Shown here: positions 17,053 through 44,289 of the stretch, piece after piece | How positions within the stretch are numbered: the stretch's first letter is position 1 | Layout: each line of letters opens with the position of its first letter | Source of the DNA: the human T2T-CHM13v2.0 reference genome, Homo sapiens | Direction: 5' to 3' (one strand) | DNA: 64,000 nucleotides | Assembly (NCBI RefSeq): GCF_009914755.1 | Contig: NC_060936.1 | Made by a program: the position numbers and the translations under genes | The notes under the pieces: generated by a model | What the model was told of the DNA's origin: nothing | Databases searched by the model: none | Seen by the model: the letters and a program-made list of their open reading frames with translations, nothing else

Positions 17053-18407
17053 TTATGGCATTAATGTTAAATTTCCTGAGAGAATAAATGTGGTATGGTT
17101 ATGTAGGAGTATATCATTGATAGTAGGAGACACATACATTAATTTAGGGGTGAAAGGTCAAGAGGTTCAGGGTTGTTTGTGTGTAGAAAGAGAGAGAGTG
17201 AGAGGTACTGAGACAATGCTAATGTGGCTAAATTGGTTGAGCCATTATACTCTTCTTGCAACTTTTCTATAAATTAAAACAATTTCTAAATAAAAAGTTG
17301 AGGAAATGAAGGTAATATAAGGCTTTATGAGGATTAAATGCAGTAATACATTTACATGCATTAAGTACTTACAACAGTACTTGGCAAACAGTTGGAACCC
17401 CACTTATACAAGCCATTATGATCGTGTGATTCTAGGGAAATAACTCCATCTCTCTCCGTCTCAGTTTCCTCATTATTATGACTGAAGCAGACAATTCTAT
17501 TAGATCTAACATTCTAGAACTTTATATAGTTATGCCCTCAAAAAAGTGATGGGGGTTGAAAGAATCAACATTGTCAAAATGTCTATAACACCCAAAGCAA
17601 TCTACAGATTTAATGTAGTCCCTTTCAAAATTCCAATGACATTTTTCACAAAAATAGAAAAAAAAAATCCTAAAATGCATATGGAACCGCAAAAGCCCCC
17701 AAATAACTGAAGCAATTTTGAGCAGGAACAAAACTGAAGGCATCACATTTCCTAATTTTAAATTATATTTACAAAGTTATAGTAATCCAAAAAGTATGGT
17801 ACTGACATAAAAACAGACACATAGATCAATGGAACATAGACCAATGGGACAGAATAGAGGGCCCAGAAATAAATCCACGCATATATGGTCAACTATTCTT
17901 CCATAAGGCACAAAGAATACACAATGGGGAAAGGATAGTCTCTTTAGTAAGTGGTGCTGGGAAAACTGGATATTAACAACAAAAAAATTGGATCTTTATC
18001 ATACACAAAACCAGCTCAAAATGAATTACATATTAAATAAGTAATTATTCATTTTTATTATTTATTAATTTAATAATAACATAATTAAATGTGTAAGATG
18101 TGAAACTGTAAAACTAGAAGAAAACAGGGGGAAAGCTCTGTGGCATTGGTCTTGGCAATGATTTTTTGAATATGACACCAAAAGCACAGTTAACAAAAAC
18201 AAAAACAAACAAGTGGGACTACATCAAACTAAAAAGTTTCTGCACTGCAAAGGAGCAATCAATAAAATAAAAAAGCAACCTGTGGAATGGGAGCGATTAT
18301 TTACAAACCATATACCTGATAAGAAGTTAATATCCAAAATATATAAGAAACTCATACAACTCAATAGCAAAAAAACAAATAACTTGATTTAAAAATAGGC
18401 AAAGGAC

Positions 18408-20163
<1,756 letters not shown>

Positions 20164-20557
20164 AAAAATAGGCAAAGGACCAGAATAGACATTTCTCTAA
20201 AGAAAGCACACAAATGGCCAAGAGGTATATGAAAAGATACTAAACATCACTAATAATCAGGGATATTCAAATCCAAACCACAATAGGATATCACTTCACA
20301 TCTGTTAGAATGGCTATTATCAAAAAGTCAAAAGATAACAAGTGTTGGTGATGATGCAGAGAAAAGGGAACCCTTGTACATTGCTAGTGGGAATGTAATT
20401 TGGAACAGCCATTATGGAAAACAATATGGAGGTCTCTCAAAAAATTCAAAATAGAGCTACCATATGATGCAGCTATCCTACTTTAGGGTATATATCCAAA
20501 GGAAAGAAAATCAGTATCAAAGCTAGATCTACACTCTCAGGTTCATTGCAGCACTAT

Positions 20558-20859
<302 letters not shown>

Positions 20860-21470
20860 CGCAGCACTATTCAGAATAGCCAAGATATGGAATTAACCTG
20901 TGTCCATAAATGGATGAGTGGATAAAGAAATGTGGTATATATATGAGTATGTGTGTGTATGTAGACATATATATGCACAAAATAAAATATTATTTCACCT
21001 TAGAAAAGAAGAAAATCATGCCATTTGTGACAATATGGGTGAGCCTGGAGGACATTATGCTAAGTGAAATAAGCCAGGTAAAGAAAAATGAATACAGCAT
21101 GTTCACTTATATGAGAAATCTACAAAGTTGAACTTACAGAAACAGAGAGTAGAAGGGTGGTTACCAGGGACAGAGAGGTGGGGAAATGGGGAAATGTCGG
21201 TCAAAGGGTACAAGCTTGCCGTTATAAGATGAGCAAGTTCTGGAGACCTAATGCACAGCATGGTGACTGTTATTACTAATAATGTATTGTATACTTGAAA
21301 TCTACTAAGAGGGTAGATCTTAAGAGTTCTCACTGCACATACGCAAAAGGCAACTACGTGAGGGTGATGGATTTGTTAATTAGCTTGATTGTGGTAATCA
21401 TTTCACAATGTGTATATTAAAACATTGTACTCCTTGAAAATATATATATATGTGTGTGTGTGTGTATATA

Positions 21471-21501
<31 letters not shown>

Positions 21502-21839
21502 GTATATATTTTTTTTTAGAGACAGGATTGTCACCCAGGCTGGAGTGTAGTAGTGCAATCATAGCTCATTGTATCCTTGAGCTCCTGGGTTCTATCAATC
21601 CTCCCACCTTGGTCTCCCAAAGCACTGAGATTACAGGCTTGAGCTACCAGGGTTGGCTGAATATATACATTTTTTATTTGTTAATTATACCTCAATAAAG
21701 CTGAAGAAAGCAAACAAAAAACTCTTATTTGAGAACTAATATTTGATAAAATGTTCTTATCAATAACTTTATGTCATTTTAATTATTCAGACAATATTTA
21801 CAAGAACATGCTTACTTCCTTAAAAATTATGTATGCCTG

Positions 21840-27976
<6,137 letters not shown>

Positions 27977-28096
27977 AAAAATTATTTATGCCTGTAGAAT
28001 TGCTATCTTTGATAACAGTATCTGCAATTCACTCACTGTTATTCAAATGAGTCAGATTAACTATACATCTCTTTGAAATAAAAAACAACAAATTGA

Positions 28097-28399
<303 letters not shown>

Positions 28400-28660
28400 T
28401 AACAAATTGAAAAATTAAGCATCCCATTTTCTAAGTACTATGAGACTCGAGTATATAGGTACTTTTAGCTTTTTAGATGCTGTGTTGTGACTTTACTGGG
28501 TGTAAATTTGTAAGTTCAGAGTTCTACTGAATGTGAGAATAAATAAATTTATTTTTAACATTACAAAAGTGATTGGGGAGTCAGCACTGTTTTCTGGCAA
28601 GGTGTTAGAGATTTTGCTATTAGAATGTAAATATGAGTTAACTAGCTAAAAATGCTAAGG

Positions 28661-29316
<656 letters not shown>

Positions 29317-30340
29317 TTAGGGGGCTCCCTTGACATTTCTTTGATTCATTCAACAAACATTTACTCAACCTCTACGAATATACCAGGCACCCAGGCACTA
29401 GAGATTCAAAGATAAGTCCCCAGTTAGTCCACATTTGGGGGAAGGGAGGGGAAGACACCAGTAAATATATAATGGCAATACAGTATGCTTAGATGCCTTG
29501 GTAGATGTAAGCATGGGATATTGTTTTAGCATCAAGGAGGGGCACCTGACCAGATCATGGGGGTCAGGGAAGGCTCCTGGTCTCCACCAAACCAAACCAA
29601 GATACTCCGTTCATTCTTATGTTTCCTTACTAGAACGCAAGCTCCAGGGACAGGACGGGTACTACGTTAATCATTTCTGTATTTCCAGTTCATGGCAAGC
29701 ATTTGGCACTTGGTAGTGTGGCAGCCTTGATAGCTGGCTGATCCAACAGCTCTTCCCATCCTTTTCTCCTTTGCCTGTTTCCATATGAGAGAGAGGAAAA
29801 TCCAAATAAAGATTTTACCAGCCTTCTTTGCAGCTAGTAGTAGCCACATAATATAGATCTGATGCACAGAGACTTAAGTGGAAATCTACTGGGAATATCT
29901 GAGAAAGCTTTTCCTTTCTGGATGAAGTGTCAACTCCCCCTTCCTCCTGCCTTGCATGGGGCCATAATGGCTGGAGCTAGGCAGCCACCTTGAGACCATG
30001 AGGGAGAGGTCAAGAGCTACACAGAATGGTCAGCTCTTATGTCATCGAACTGCTGAATCAATGCCATCAATACCTACCTCCTCCAAACTTCTTATGTGAC
30101 AGAATCAACCCATGTGTTTAAGCTGCCGTAAATCAGTGTTTCTGGTATTTGAAGTCAAAGACATTCCAGTAGATTAAGTAGGTTCTCAAGAAATTTTTGC
30201 AGAACTGAAGTCCTGGGGATAAGCTGATTGTGGGGAATTAAGAGAGGGATCAGAGTTATAAAGAGGTAGAAAACTGATAGGAAGTCAGGGATAGAGAACT
30301 GGAGAACCAAGGAAGTGATGCTGGACAGCTTAAGAATGTG

Positions 30341-30572
30341 TAGGGTGGGGTGTCCTATCTTCTGGCTTCCCTGGACCACACTGAAAGAAGAATTGTCTTG
30401 GGCCACACATAAAATACACTAACATGAAACATAGCTGATGAGCTAAACAAAAAAAATCACACACACACAAAAATCTCATTATGTTTTAAGAAAGTTGATG
30501 AATTTGTGTTGGGCTGCATCCAAAGCTGTCCAGCACTGCCTGTGGCCTGTGGGCTACGGGTTGGACAAGCTT
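30341..30572. mobile_element. MER30-like hAT DNA transposon fossil
   Basis: GGGGTGTCC…GGGCCACACATAAAATACACTAAC…GGTTGGACAAGCTTG. Confidence 0.65.
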
Positions 30573-31133
30573 GAGGTAGAGTAAAAGGCAGAGATCTGGA
30601 ACCAAGAGAAACTGGAATGGGGCAGAGTCTGAGAGAACATCTTCTGGCTAACAAGGTCCCGGCATGCAAAGAACTGCACCACAGGACTTGTTCCTCACTA
30701 GGGTTGAGGCATGGGTGCGTGAGATGCAGACTATGTGCCCGCTCTCTCCTCCTTACATGCTTCCTGCACGTGGCCCGGGGGACTCGGCTCACCTGCTTTT
30801 CCTCCACCTTTCTGATGGCTCATTCTCAGTCTCTTTCACTGGTTGCTCCTACCTCCTGAATATCTAAATGTTGGAACACCTTAGCGATTTCTTCTCTTCT
30901 TTCTCTAAACTCCCTCCTTAGGAGACTTCATCCTGACTCATGGCTTTAAATATAATTTATATGCTGAAAACTCCCAAATTTCTATCTCCAGGCCAGCCAT
31001 CTCACATGGATTCCAGACTCCAGATGCCATTTGGCATCTGCACTTATAGTAATCCACGTGTCCAAAACTGAGCTTCTGGTATTTCCCCCGAAACATGCCC
31101 TTCCCATAATCTTCCCCAAATCAGTTCGGGTGA

Positions 31134-31442
<309 letters not shown>

Positions 31443-33545
31443 GTGACTCCGTTTTTTAAATTGCTCCACAAAAAAATCAGCTTGGTGTTTCCTTAACCCC
31501 TCTCTGTTCCTTATTCCCATGTGCACTGACAGCAAATCTTGTCAGTTCCACTTTCAAAATAGATCCAGAATTTTTACCACCTTCTGTGGCTCCACCCTGG
31601 CACATTAGCCTTTGACTATATTATTCTGCCTTTGTCTCCCTTCAGCTGATTTTCAACAAAGCAGCCAGAATGAACCTGTGAAAATAGGAGTCGCATTGTC
31701 CTGTGCTCTGTTCAAAACCTTCCAAGGCCTTCCTGTCTCTCTCAGAGCAAAAACCAAAGTCATTACAGCATCCTTCCATAAGGTATCGCGTGATCACACC
31801 GGCCTCCTTGCCAGACAGCCTCCTGCCTCAGAGCCTTGGCCACGTGCTATTCCTGCTGCCTGGAATCCTCTTCCCAGATATCTACATGGCTTGCCCCCTC
31901 ATGTCTCTCAGTCTCTTAGTCAAAAGCCTCTAACCCCAACAATGCACAAATTGCATCCCCTCAGCAATTACCATCTTCCAACAGACTGCCTCGTCATCAC
32001 CGGTGTACTGGCTGCCATCCAAATGACAGACTATAAGCCCCATGAAGGCAGGAAATTTTGTTTCATTCATTGCCATACACCCAGCATCTAGACAAGTGCC
32101 TGGCAATATAAGCCCTCAGAAAACATTTATGGACCAAAGGGATGAATGTGCAACTGTCTCCTCAGGGTGCTGCACAAGTATCTCAAAGCCCCTACATTCA
32201 CAACTGAAATTAGCACCTCCCCTACAGAAACTCCTTCTCTGGGGTTCTCAGATTCCTCTTCAACTTCTCCCTCCTAATTCCTCCTTCAATCACCGAGTCC
32301 TACTAATTACACCTCTGCAATAACCTCCCACCTGGCCTTCCTGCCTTTAGAATTTCTGTACACTCCCCTTCCTCAATCCATCACTGGCCTAACGGCCATA
32401 GTAACTTTTTTGTTGTTCGATAATCATATCAAGTTCATTTGAAACACAAATGCAGCTTGAGTAGCCTTAATTTTTTGTTTGATTTCCTTTTTCTTTTTTT
32501 CGCTTGAAACATTTCAAGACCGCTGAAAAGTCTGAAGAATAAATACTCATATACCTTTCACCAGATCCACCAGTTGCTAACATGTTGACATATTTACTTA
32601 ATTGAACTTCATATGTACATATATATTTTTGGAAGTTGTAAACATCATGACACTTCTCCCCCTAAATATTTCAGCATATCTATCTTTAAAAGAAGGACCA
32701 GACAGACCACTGAGGACAGCGACTGTGGCTTCCTCACTTCCATCTGCCTGTCCTGCCCCAAGGTGGGAACTCAATAAATGTGTGTTGAATCAATGAGAAT
32801 CAGGAGAGAGAAAGAAAAGGCGAGAGGCTCTTGTTGCTCTGCTCTTCAGCCCCAGAAAGAAAGGACTCAGCCAGAAGGAGGGGAACTGCTGATGATCCCA
32901 CTCCAGGAATAAAAGCAGAGGGCTCTGGTCATCTCATCAGCCTTCCTGCTACTGTCACAACAAAGAGCCCCAGAACTGTGCCCCTTACACCTCTGTGAGC
33001 TTTCCTAGCCCTAGTGACTTCCGTGTGTGTGGTTTCTCTGTGGTAATAAATAGCCAAGCCTTTAACAAGAAATTGCCTGCAGGCCTGTCTTCAGGACAGA
33101 CAGAGAGGTGGAGCTGGGAGCCACTGCAGGGCAGGCAAGGCACTGGGCAGTAGCATCTTCAAAGAGGGGAGAAAAGAAGGTTGAGGTTCTAGGGCCTGTG
33201 AGTAGGAAGAAAAGGAGAGTACAGAGAGTTGTTCTGGGCATGAGAAGAGGCCTGTAAGTTTAAAAATAAGCCCCTGAAGACCTTGCATGGGGAGCCATTT
33301 TACCAGATGCCAAAGAGTTTAGGCATGTGGCCAAACCTGGAAAGAATGTTTTGAGACCTGGCAGTGGCTAAGGGAATTTGCTCTGCCTTGGAACAAAAAG
33401 CAAAGTGGGAAAGGCTCTTCAGAAAAATACTCCAAAAATCAGTGCCCCTGTGTTTCATTTTACATGCCAGCTCTGATTGGCTATGGTATGGGCTGTTGGG
33501 ATTGCTAGATTGAGAAGAAATCTGAAGCCATCACTAGATTCAGTT

Positions 33546-33568
33546 AAAAAAGAAAAGAAAAGAAAGAT

Positions 33569-33624
<56 letters not shown>

Positions 33625-33669
33625 AAAAGAAAGAAAGAAAGAAAATAAGAAAGAAAGAAAGAAAGAAAG
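33546..33669. repeat. (GAAA)n STR
   Basis: Direct reading. Confidence 0.95.
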
Positions 33670-34521
33670 TGATTGATTAATCATGTCTGCCATGGTTATA
33701 GTATGGTAGGGAGTAATAGGAAATGACTGGGAATCAAAAAGCAAGATAAAAGAGGGGGTTCCTAAAAGTACTGTTGAATGACTTAAATATGAGAGCTGTG
33801 TAGGTTAGTGGAAATATGGGCTTTATCCTTAGACAGAGCTGACTGTGAATCCTAATTAGCTGTGTAATCATGGGGTGACTTACAAAACCCTATGTGTAAA
33901 ACGGGATAGTTCTGCATATTACAAAGCTATTGCTACATAAGTATTAACTATTATTATTTTAACACTTACGTAGCAATTCTATGTGCTAGGCATTGTTCTA
34001 CGACTTTTACAAATATTCATTCACGGATTATCACAACAACTCCTTAAAGTTATTATTCCAATACACAGGTGAGAAAACTGAGGCTCAGAGAATTAAGAGG
34101 TCTGCTAAGGGTCACACAACTAATAAGTGGCAGAGCTAATATTTACACGCAGGCATCCTGGCTCTGAGTTCACATTCTTAACCACCTTGATAGTTACTAC
34201 AGCCAACCACTTTCCATCGCTATGGTTGCTATCACTGTGTCAAGCAACTGACATAAGCTCTGTGAGTTAACTCTGCAAGACTTGCACCCTGAAGTTCTCA
34301 AATGCATAGACACATTTAACAGAGCACTTCGTTTTAAGCTATGCAAGCTACAAAGTCATTAACAGGACAAGAGTAAGAATTCACTAAAGGAAAGAGAAAG
34401 GACAAGATCAGGACTCAGGAGTCTGTCCTCTAACAAAATATCTCTTGCCTTTTAACTTTTTGCTATAATGAAAGGTTTACTCAAGATTCACCAAGATACA
34501 TAGAACAGGTGTCTTACTCCA

Positions 34522-35455
<934 letters not shown>

Positions 35456-37519
35456 CTAGGGGTGCAGGACAAGAGAGTCTTCAGTTTATAGAGAATTTGT
35501 CTTGCTTTCTCCTGTGCTAGCATGAGAAATTCTTTCACAAAAAGCCTTTAGAGTAGGGGTCAGCAAACTATGACCCCTGGTCAAATCCTGCCTGACACTA
35601 GTTTTTGTAAATAAAGTTTTGTTAGAACGTAGCCATGCTTATTTTTTGTTTCTCTGCTGTTTTAATACTGCAACAGCAGAGTTGAACAGTTGCAACAGAA
35701 ACCATATGGCTTATTATCAGGCCCGTTGCAGAAAAAGTTTGCTGACTTCTGATCTCCAATTTAGGCCAGATTTTCTATATACCAGTACAACACACATGAT
35801 AATCTTATGTCCTTAACTTGAGAAGGAAAAACAAGGCATCCCCTTGGATGAGCTCCAGGGAAGGTGGAGAATAGGATGTCCAAAAGAGGAACCAAAATGA
35901 AAACAAGTGTGTCCAGAATAGCACACCGCAGAGTGTGCTCCTAGAAATGTTAACCTACATTATGTGATAAGGTGGTTCAGCGATCAACTGTTTGGGAATC
36001 ATTGCGTTAAACAACCTTAAGAGGATTTCTCTACTACAGGACTTCTCAGGACCTTTAAAATGCTATTATGCCTTGCGATCTCTAAGAGGGTAATATAGTT
36101 CACAGAGTTTCCCATGGGACTATGTTTTCTCAGAACTTTCTTTGGAAAATGCTGAAATTAAAAAGGATTTAGAATCATTTTCCTCGGGAACTAGAAATGA
36201 AAACTATGAGGGCTGTGCCTTAATGAACCTCACATTTTCTCAGCAAGGAAAGAGGAAGCACAAAGAAGAAATAATGAAAGACAGAATGGGAAATAAAAGA
36301 AAGAGAGGTGTCTGAAGGAAGAAAGGAAGAAAGCAAAGTGCTGGAGAGATGACATATTAGGGTATGAGGAACACTTGGACCACTGGACTGTCAGAGGGAA
36401 CCATGGTCAAAAGCAGAGGTGTTGCCAAAAACAGGATGCATGATCACTTTTGTCACCACTGCCATCATCAGCACCATCAGAGAAGCTAACCTTTCCTGAG
36501 GCCTAACTACTTTGCAGGTCCTGTATTATGTCCTCTATAGACATTAGGTCATGTAATTTCCATTTTACAGATGAGGAACTAGGGTGCATGCAGTTAAACA
36601 ATTCACCCGGAGTCGAGCTTAGAAGGTGTGTAAGTGGCAGCACGTAGATTCAGTCCTGTAAGCCTGACCCCAGAGCCTATGTTCTTACCACTGCATTGCA
36701 CAGTCTACTTCCAAGTGCATTAAAGGGAGAACTGGAATTCCATTATGTAATATAGAAAGGATATTACACAGAAGTGCCACACCAGAACATTTGGAGGAAA
36801 AGGAAAAGACAAAAACCAACCAATATCACTTTGGATATTTGGCTGCACAGGGGCCAAACAACGAGAGGACTGATTTTTTTTTTCAAAGCACATCCAGACA
36901 TTCAGATATCATCATGTTTTCTTTCTCTCACTCTCTCTCAGGTTTTTTTTTTTTTACTCTCATGTTAACTATCCTTCTTATTTCATAAATTATATACCAG
37001 GCTTGTCCAATGTGTGACACTTGCTTATAAAGTAAACATAAGATCTTTTTTAATGTTTAAAAAGCATTTTCAACCCAAACACCACGACTACTGTATTTAC
37101 AATAAGCCTCACTTGGGTTTCCACAACGGCCAGTTCTTTCTGGGGGGATGGAGATCCTCAGAACAGCTTCCTAAGGCAGATTCTGAAAACATGAATCATG
37201 CTCAGTTAAATAATTTGTGGCTCAGGACATACCTTCATTAAATAATAGCATTCATCCACATCCTAACTGCTGATTTTTATGTTTAAAATCTGATACAAAT
37301 AGTAAATTATCATATTTGTGGAGAGAAGGAGGAGAAACCCAGGTCTGGAAAAGCAGCCCAGGATGTGAAAAACATTGCACACTGGATTTGCTGGAAATGG
37401 CCGAAAAGGGTTCCGCTGGAATGCTACCAGTTCGGACTGGGAAGTTTCTGAAGGCAAAGTTTGTGTGGGGCAATCTGACACCTCTGATTTACTTTCTTGG
37501 GTCTGTAGCAGAATAAAGA

Positions 37520-38120
37520 ACTGCTGCAGACCGGCCAGGATAAAACGGAACGACTGCACACTGCTCGTAAATTTCTCTATTTACCTGGTGAATGGTGAGG
37601 GTAGGGCTTTGGGCTCCTCGGTCCAGAAGAGCTGCAAGGCAGAGCGTTCAAATCGTGGCTGGCCCTGGGCTGCCGCCCTCACGCTGCTTCGGCTGCTTCT
37701 AAGATCCCATTGGAAGTCCCAAAGGGCTGGAGAGCCCCAAGGCCAATATTACGTTTCCAAAAGAATATTCCTCCCCGACCCGCACTCCCCTTTGCTTGCG
37801 TTGACTTCGGAACGTCTCGGGTTTCTTCCACCTCTGCGCGAAGCCGCTGGGAACCCAGGAGTTGCGCTGGCAGAGAGGGGCGGCCCCAGAAACCACTTCC
37901 AGATGTGCTCGGCTGGCCGGCTCGGATGCGCCAGACTTCCTCTGGCTAAGTGCAAAACATGCAAAAAACAACGCTGTTCTGGAGGAAAAGACACAAAACC
38001 AGAGAAGAGCAAATGCTTTCAGGGTGAATTTCTACCACACGTTGAGTCGAAGGCAAACTTTGAAAGAACACCAGTGAAAAATAAAGTTCATGCTGATTTT
38101 GAGAATCTTCGTGGCCACTA
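37520..38120. promoter_or_regulatory. Weak CpG island / proximal GLT8D2 promoter
   Basis: Local CpG enrichment in an otherwise CpG-depleted region, a GC-box-like GGGGCGG at ~37877-37883, and ETS-like cores (CGGAA ~37808, ACTTCC ~37895 and ~37935). Confidence 0.6.
37585..37880 (-). other. GLT8D2: GLT8D2 non-coding first exon (upper end/TSS approximate)
   Basis: CpG-enriched unique island ending on the minus-strand donor CACCAG|gtaaat at 37584. Confidence 0.65.
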
Positions 38121-38422
38121 GCTTCTCCTGAAATCTCCTAGTCATTGAAATGCTGTTGTCCCCAAATCAAAACCCAGGTAACAACTGTGGTCTTCTTCTA
38201 CCAAGGCAATAATGACAAAAGTTTCAGGATGGAGTGTTTTTGTGCCTGAACAAAAGAGGAATCAGAGAGGAATGAGGCAGGGAGCTGGGAGCTGACCTCA
38301 ACAGCAATCTGCGCTGTTCTGTATCTCTGCGGTGGGTTCTCAAACCCGGGAGATGGTGCCAGCACTTTGTCTGGGATCACAGAATTTATTTCTGCAATGG
38401 CTCCTCTTCCTATTTCCTATAA

Positions 38423-38975
<553 letters not shown>

Positions 38976-41297
38976 TATAATTTAAAATTTTCTAGTAGCC
39001 ACATTAAGAAAAAAGTACAAAGAGGTAAAATTTATCTTAATGATATATTTTACTTTACCCAATATATACAAGATGTTATCATTTCAACACATAATATAAA
39101 ACATTATTAAGAAGATGTTTTATGTTCTTTGTTTTGTCTTTAAATTTAATTTGTTTTGATACATATTCATGTAATAATTGTACATATTCATGGGGTACAT
39201 ATTGATGTTTCAATATACAATGTATAGTGATCAGAACACTGTAATTAGCATATCTATAATCTCAAATATTGATGCTTATGTTGGAAACATTCAATATCCT
39301 CCTTCTAGCTCTTTGAAGCTATATATTATTGTTAACTATGGCCATACTACACTAGAACCTATTCCTCCTATCTAGCTATAATTTTATATCCTTTAACAAA
39401 TCTCTCCCTATCTCTCCCTTCCTCCTGCCCTTCCCAGTGTTTTTTTTTTAACTAAGTCTTTGAAATTTGGTGTGTGTTGTACACTTGGAGCACATCTCAA
39501 TTCAAACACTAAATTTAAGCAGAAACACTTCACATATATTTAGATTTTATAAATACCATTTAAAAAGTAGATTCATTTAAGGTAATGGATATCCCAGTTA
39601 CACTGGTTTGATCTTTACAAATTATATGAATGTATTAATATTAAATGTTTGAATACACACTCAAAATATGTATATCTATTATGTTATCAATAAAAAAATA
39701 GAAAAAAACACTGGGAACAAAAGTAAATTCACGAGTCCAGGTTGGTCCAAATGTACTTAAAAGTTTTCCAGTAATTGAATAGAGTATCAGTTTTTCAATT
39801 AAAATTAGTTACAGTTAAATAAAATTAAAAATTCAGTTCCTCAGTTGCACTAGTCACATTTAAGTACTCAGTAGTCAATGTGGCTAGTGGCTACTATATT
39901 GAGCAGTTCCATTCTAAAGGATTTAGTAGGGGTTTTCTTAGATATGAACTTTGAAGGTGGGAGGATCCTGAATATCTTCCATGTATATAGAACTTTGAAT
40001 ATAGCCAAAGCATTTTCATATCTTCTATTTCTTTTTAGCCACACAACATTTCTGGTAGGTAAGTTGAACAGATGTTATTTGCCCCAATTTACAGATGAGC
40101 AAACTGAGGCTTTGAGCAAATTAAAGCCCAAGTTCCCAAAGCAAGTTAGCGATGAAGCCAGGATTGGAATTCTTATTCAGCACTTCTTAAGTGTTTCCTT
40201 CTTGAGGCATATTTCAAATACTAGGATCTGCGGCTGCAACAGTAGCGTTAAGTGGCATGGCATCCACATTGGTCATCCTTCAGCATCAAATTTGCTGCCT
40301 GTGTAGAATTATTGACTGCCCTGTGTTCCCTTATATGCCCCTATTCTAAATCCCTCACACAATCCAGCAGGTGTGTCCTTTCTCCTGGAGAGGCTTGACA
40401 TGATGCCCCTCCTCTTCTCTCTTTACCCCCAGCATCTTGTACCTTATTTTATGTATTAATTATTATTATTATTGTTATGTAGAGACGTGTCTTGCTATGT
40501 TGCCCAGGCTGGACTTGAATTCCTGGGCCTTTCTCCTCAGCCTCCCGAGTAGCTGGGACTGTAGTCATGCACCACCATGCTCAGCAAGTTGTACCTTATT
40601 TTAAAGCACAATTCCATTCAAACATTTAGCTAAATGTTTTTAGCTAAAACGTTGGTCACCTCTGGGAAGTCATAAGGTTCAGGGGCAGCACAATATCCTA
40701 TGCTCTAAATACTCACTGCACACACATGAGCGAAAATAAGAACCACTTCTGGCTCAGGGTTTCCCACCGCCCTTCCAGAATTATGTGCTGTTAACTTGCA
40801 GCAGGCTAGTCCCTCAGACATGTCCCAGGCATCATGTGGACAGCAGCCTGAGCTGACACCTGCCCAGTGCAATTTCCTTCACAGATCATGTCATCTCCTT
40901 TGAATCTCTCATCCACCTAGCAGAATGTTATAGATCTTCTCCCTGACCCCCACTGTCTGATTCCAGCTTCTTTCTCCTTTATTCCTGCTGTGCCATGCTC
41001 CAAGGATGCGATAGGCTTGTTATGTATGACTTAGATGTCCACACTGTATGCACAGATTTTCCCTGGGGAAGAAATGAGAAAAGAAACAGAGGATATGCAT
41101 GACACCAGAGTGGCCTTTGGAGACAGACATACCTAGTGTGAGCACAGGTCTTACCTCCAGTTTCCTCATCTGTTAAGTGGGGACTACTAATAGGACTCTT
41201 GTGTGGGTTAAAAGACATCATGCATGTAAGGCACTCAATAAGGACTCAAGAAATGGAAGTTATTATTGCTGTTGTTTTTAAACAAAAGTAATATTTA

Positions 41298-42278
<981 letters not shown>

Positions 42279-44289
42279 TCTGCTTCCTCCCTTCTAATAG
42301 AAACACGATTTCATATGGACAGCAAAATGCCTATTTGAAAAGATTCTCCTCCTTGGATGTCCTGCAGCTAGAGTGGCACGTGAGCAGACATCTGCTGTCT
42401 AGTACTTCCTTGAAAGCTAGTGTTTTCCTGGCAAAGAGCTCTTTGGTGTCTTTTGCCCTTTCTTCCTGTTTAAAATCCAACCTTGAAGCTTGCGTGTGAA
42501 GTAGCCACCTTGCAGCCATGGGGATAAGAGGCCTGCACTGTGCTGCTGCATATGGCCACACTGGTTGTGCACAGTGACTATAGAGTTGAATCAGTCAGGG
42601 TCCTGGCAGGATACAGACAGCTCCCTCCAATAGGGTAATGGTGGAGACTTTTTAAAAAGGCACTAATTGAAAAGGTGTAATCACTGTCAGGGAAACATGG
42701 TTAAGAGATGATGCAGTACCCTGGGGCTAGCAATAGCAGGGAGTTATTACCACCCCAAACTCTGAAGGGCAACAAGAGAGAGTGGTTTCCAGGACCTGGA
42801 GAGAGGATATGGAGAGGGTGGCCAGCAAGAGCGGCCCTCCCACTGGGATACAGCCAACCTGTGGTGCTCTGCACAAAAGGGACGAGGGGCTGATTACCCC
42901 AGCCTCACAGTCTCCTGTTGGTAGTGTCTCCCATTGACCAAATCCAACTAGAAGTCAGAGGGCAAGAAGCTCAAGTGCTATAATCCATTCAGGTCAGCCT
43001 CTCAGGACACTGAACAGGTTGAAGGGTGGAGAGTAGATCTGTAGAAGTAAATGGAAAATATCCTTGCATTATATGAATGGGGTCCCTGGCACTCTGTCAT
43101 TCTGCAGCCTGGCATATGCTAAAGATGGCAGAGAATCACCACAGCAGCCCTGAACTAACTACTCATGGAAAATCTTGCTATGTGAGGAAAATAAACCCTT
43201 AAGTGGTCAACTAAGTTTGGTTAGATTTAGTTACATGCCTGAGTGCAACCCCATGCAATATGTATGCATTTCACATGCATTTTATATTTGTGGTATCACT
43301 TGTCAACAAAACATGTATCTTAGTCTCTATTATTCCATGTTTATTTCTTACTAGTTGAAGGTCAGATGTTCATCATTTCTTCTTGCTAACTGGGTCTGCC
43401 TTGACTGAGTATATAACTTTTAGATAAGGTCCTAGATAAAATCTATTAAAGCTGATAAGTTTGCCTGGGAGGAAAGGAATAAGTCTTCTGTAGTAGTACA
43501 TGAATTACCACATTGGGTCAGGCTGACAAGCCTCTTTGCCACGTTTGTCTCCCATGGCTGGGCTCCAAGATCACACATATGGGGCAGGAATTACCATAGC
43601 AGCCTCAATTCCCTCTCTTTTGCCTGGTGTGGTTCAGTTGCAGGTCATCTTCCTGTTGCCCTGAGCTTCGGTGCTCTTGCTTTCCCCTGCTACTCCCTGA
43701 ACTGCAGCAATTGCTCCAGCACCTGAGTCTCACACTTGAGTTCCCTCTCTCCCGCATGCGGTAACTGTTTTTCTTCCTTGGCCCAGTTCCCTGTTCTGGC
43801 AATTAAGTTAGGTTCTATCTAGCCTGGAGCCCTGCCTTGCTCTTGCCAGCTGCCCTCTCTATGCTTTGGACATAGCTTCAGCCAAGATCCATGGCTGGAG
43901 CCCTGCAATCTGTAAACAGACCTCTCAGACACCATCTGTTTCCCTCACCTTGGCAACAGTCCCTGCCCAGGATCTCTGCTATCGAGTTCTGCCCACTTGC
44001 TAGCACTCCCCAGAACCTCTTCTCAGACCTCTGGCAATAAGCCTTTGGCCCTTGGCCTGAGTCCTCAATTGAGATTAAAGACATTGCAATTTACACTCTT
44101 GGCTGAAAACACAGGACTGTCTGCCACCTCCAGCACCAGATTCTCACTCTAGGGTTGACTTTTTGGCCTGCAGCTCAGGAGGAGGAATAGAAAGTGTAGA
44201 AATATAATAAAATCATGATAATGATAGAAATAAAACAATCTACTACTTATTAAATGCTAACTACATGTCAGACATTGCGTAAGTATAGC

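Noticed and set aside
37375-38121. 248-aa plus-strand ORF across the GLT8D2 promoter
   Set aside because: No recognisable domain, non-ATG start, and GC-rich promoter sequence antisense to exon 1.
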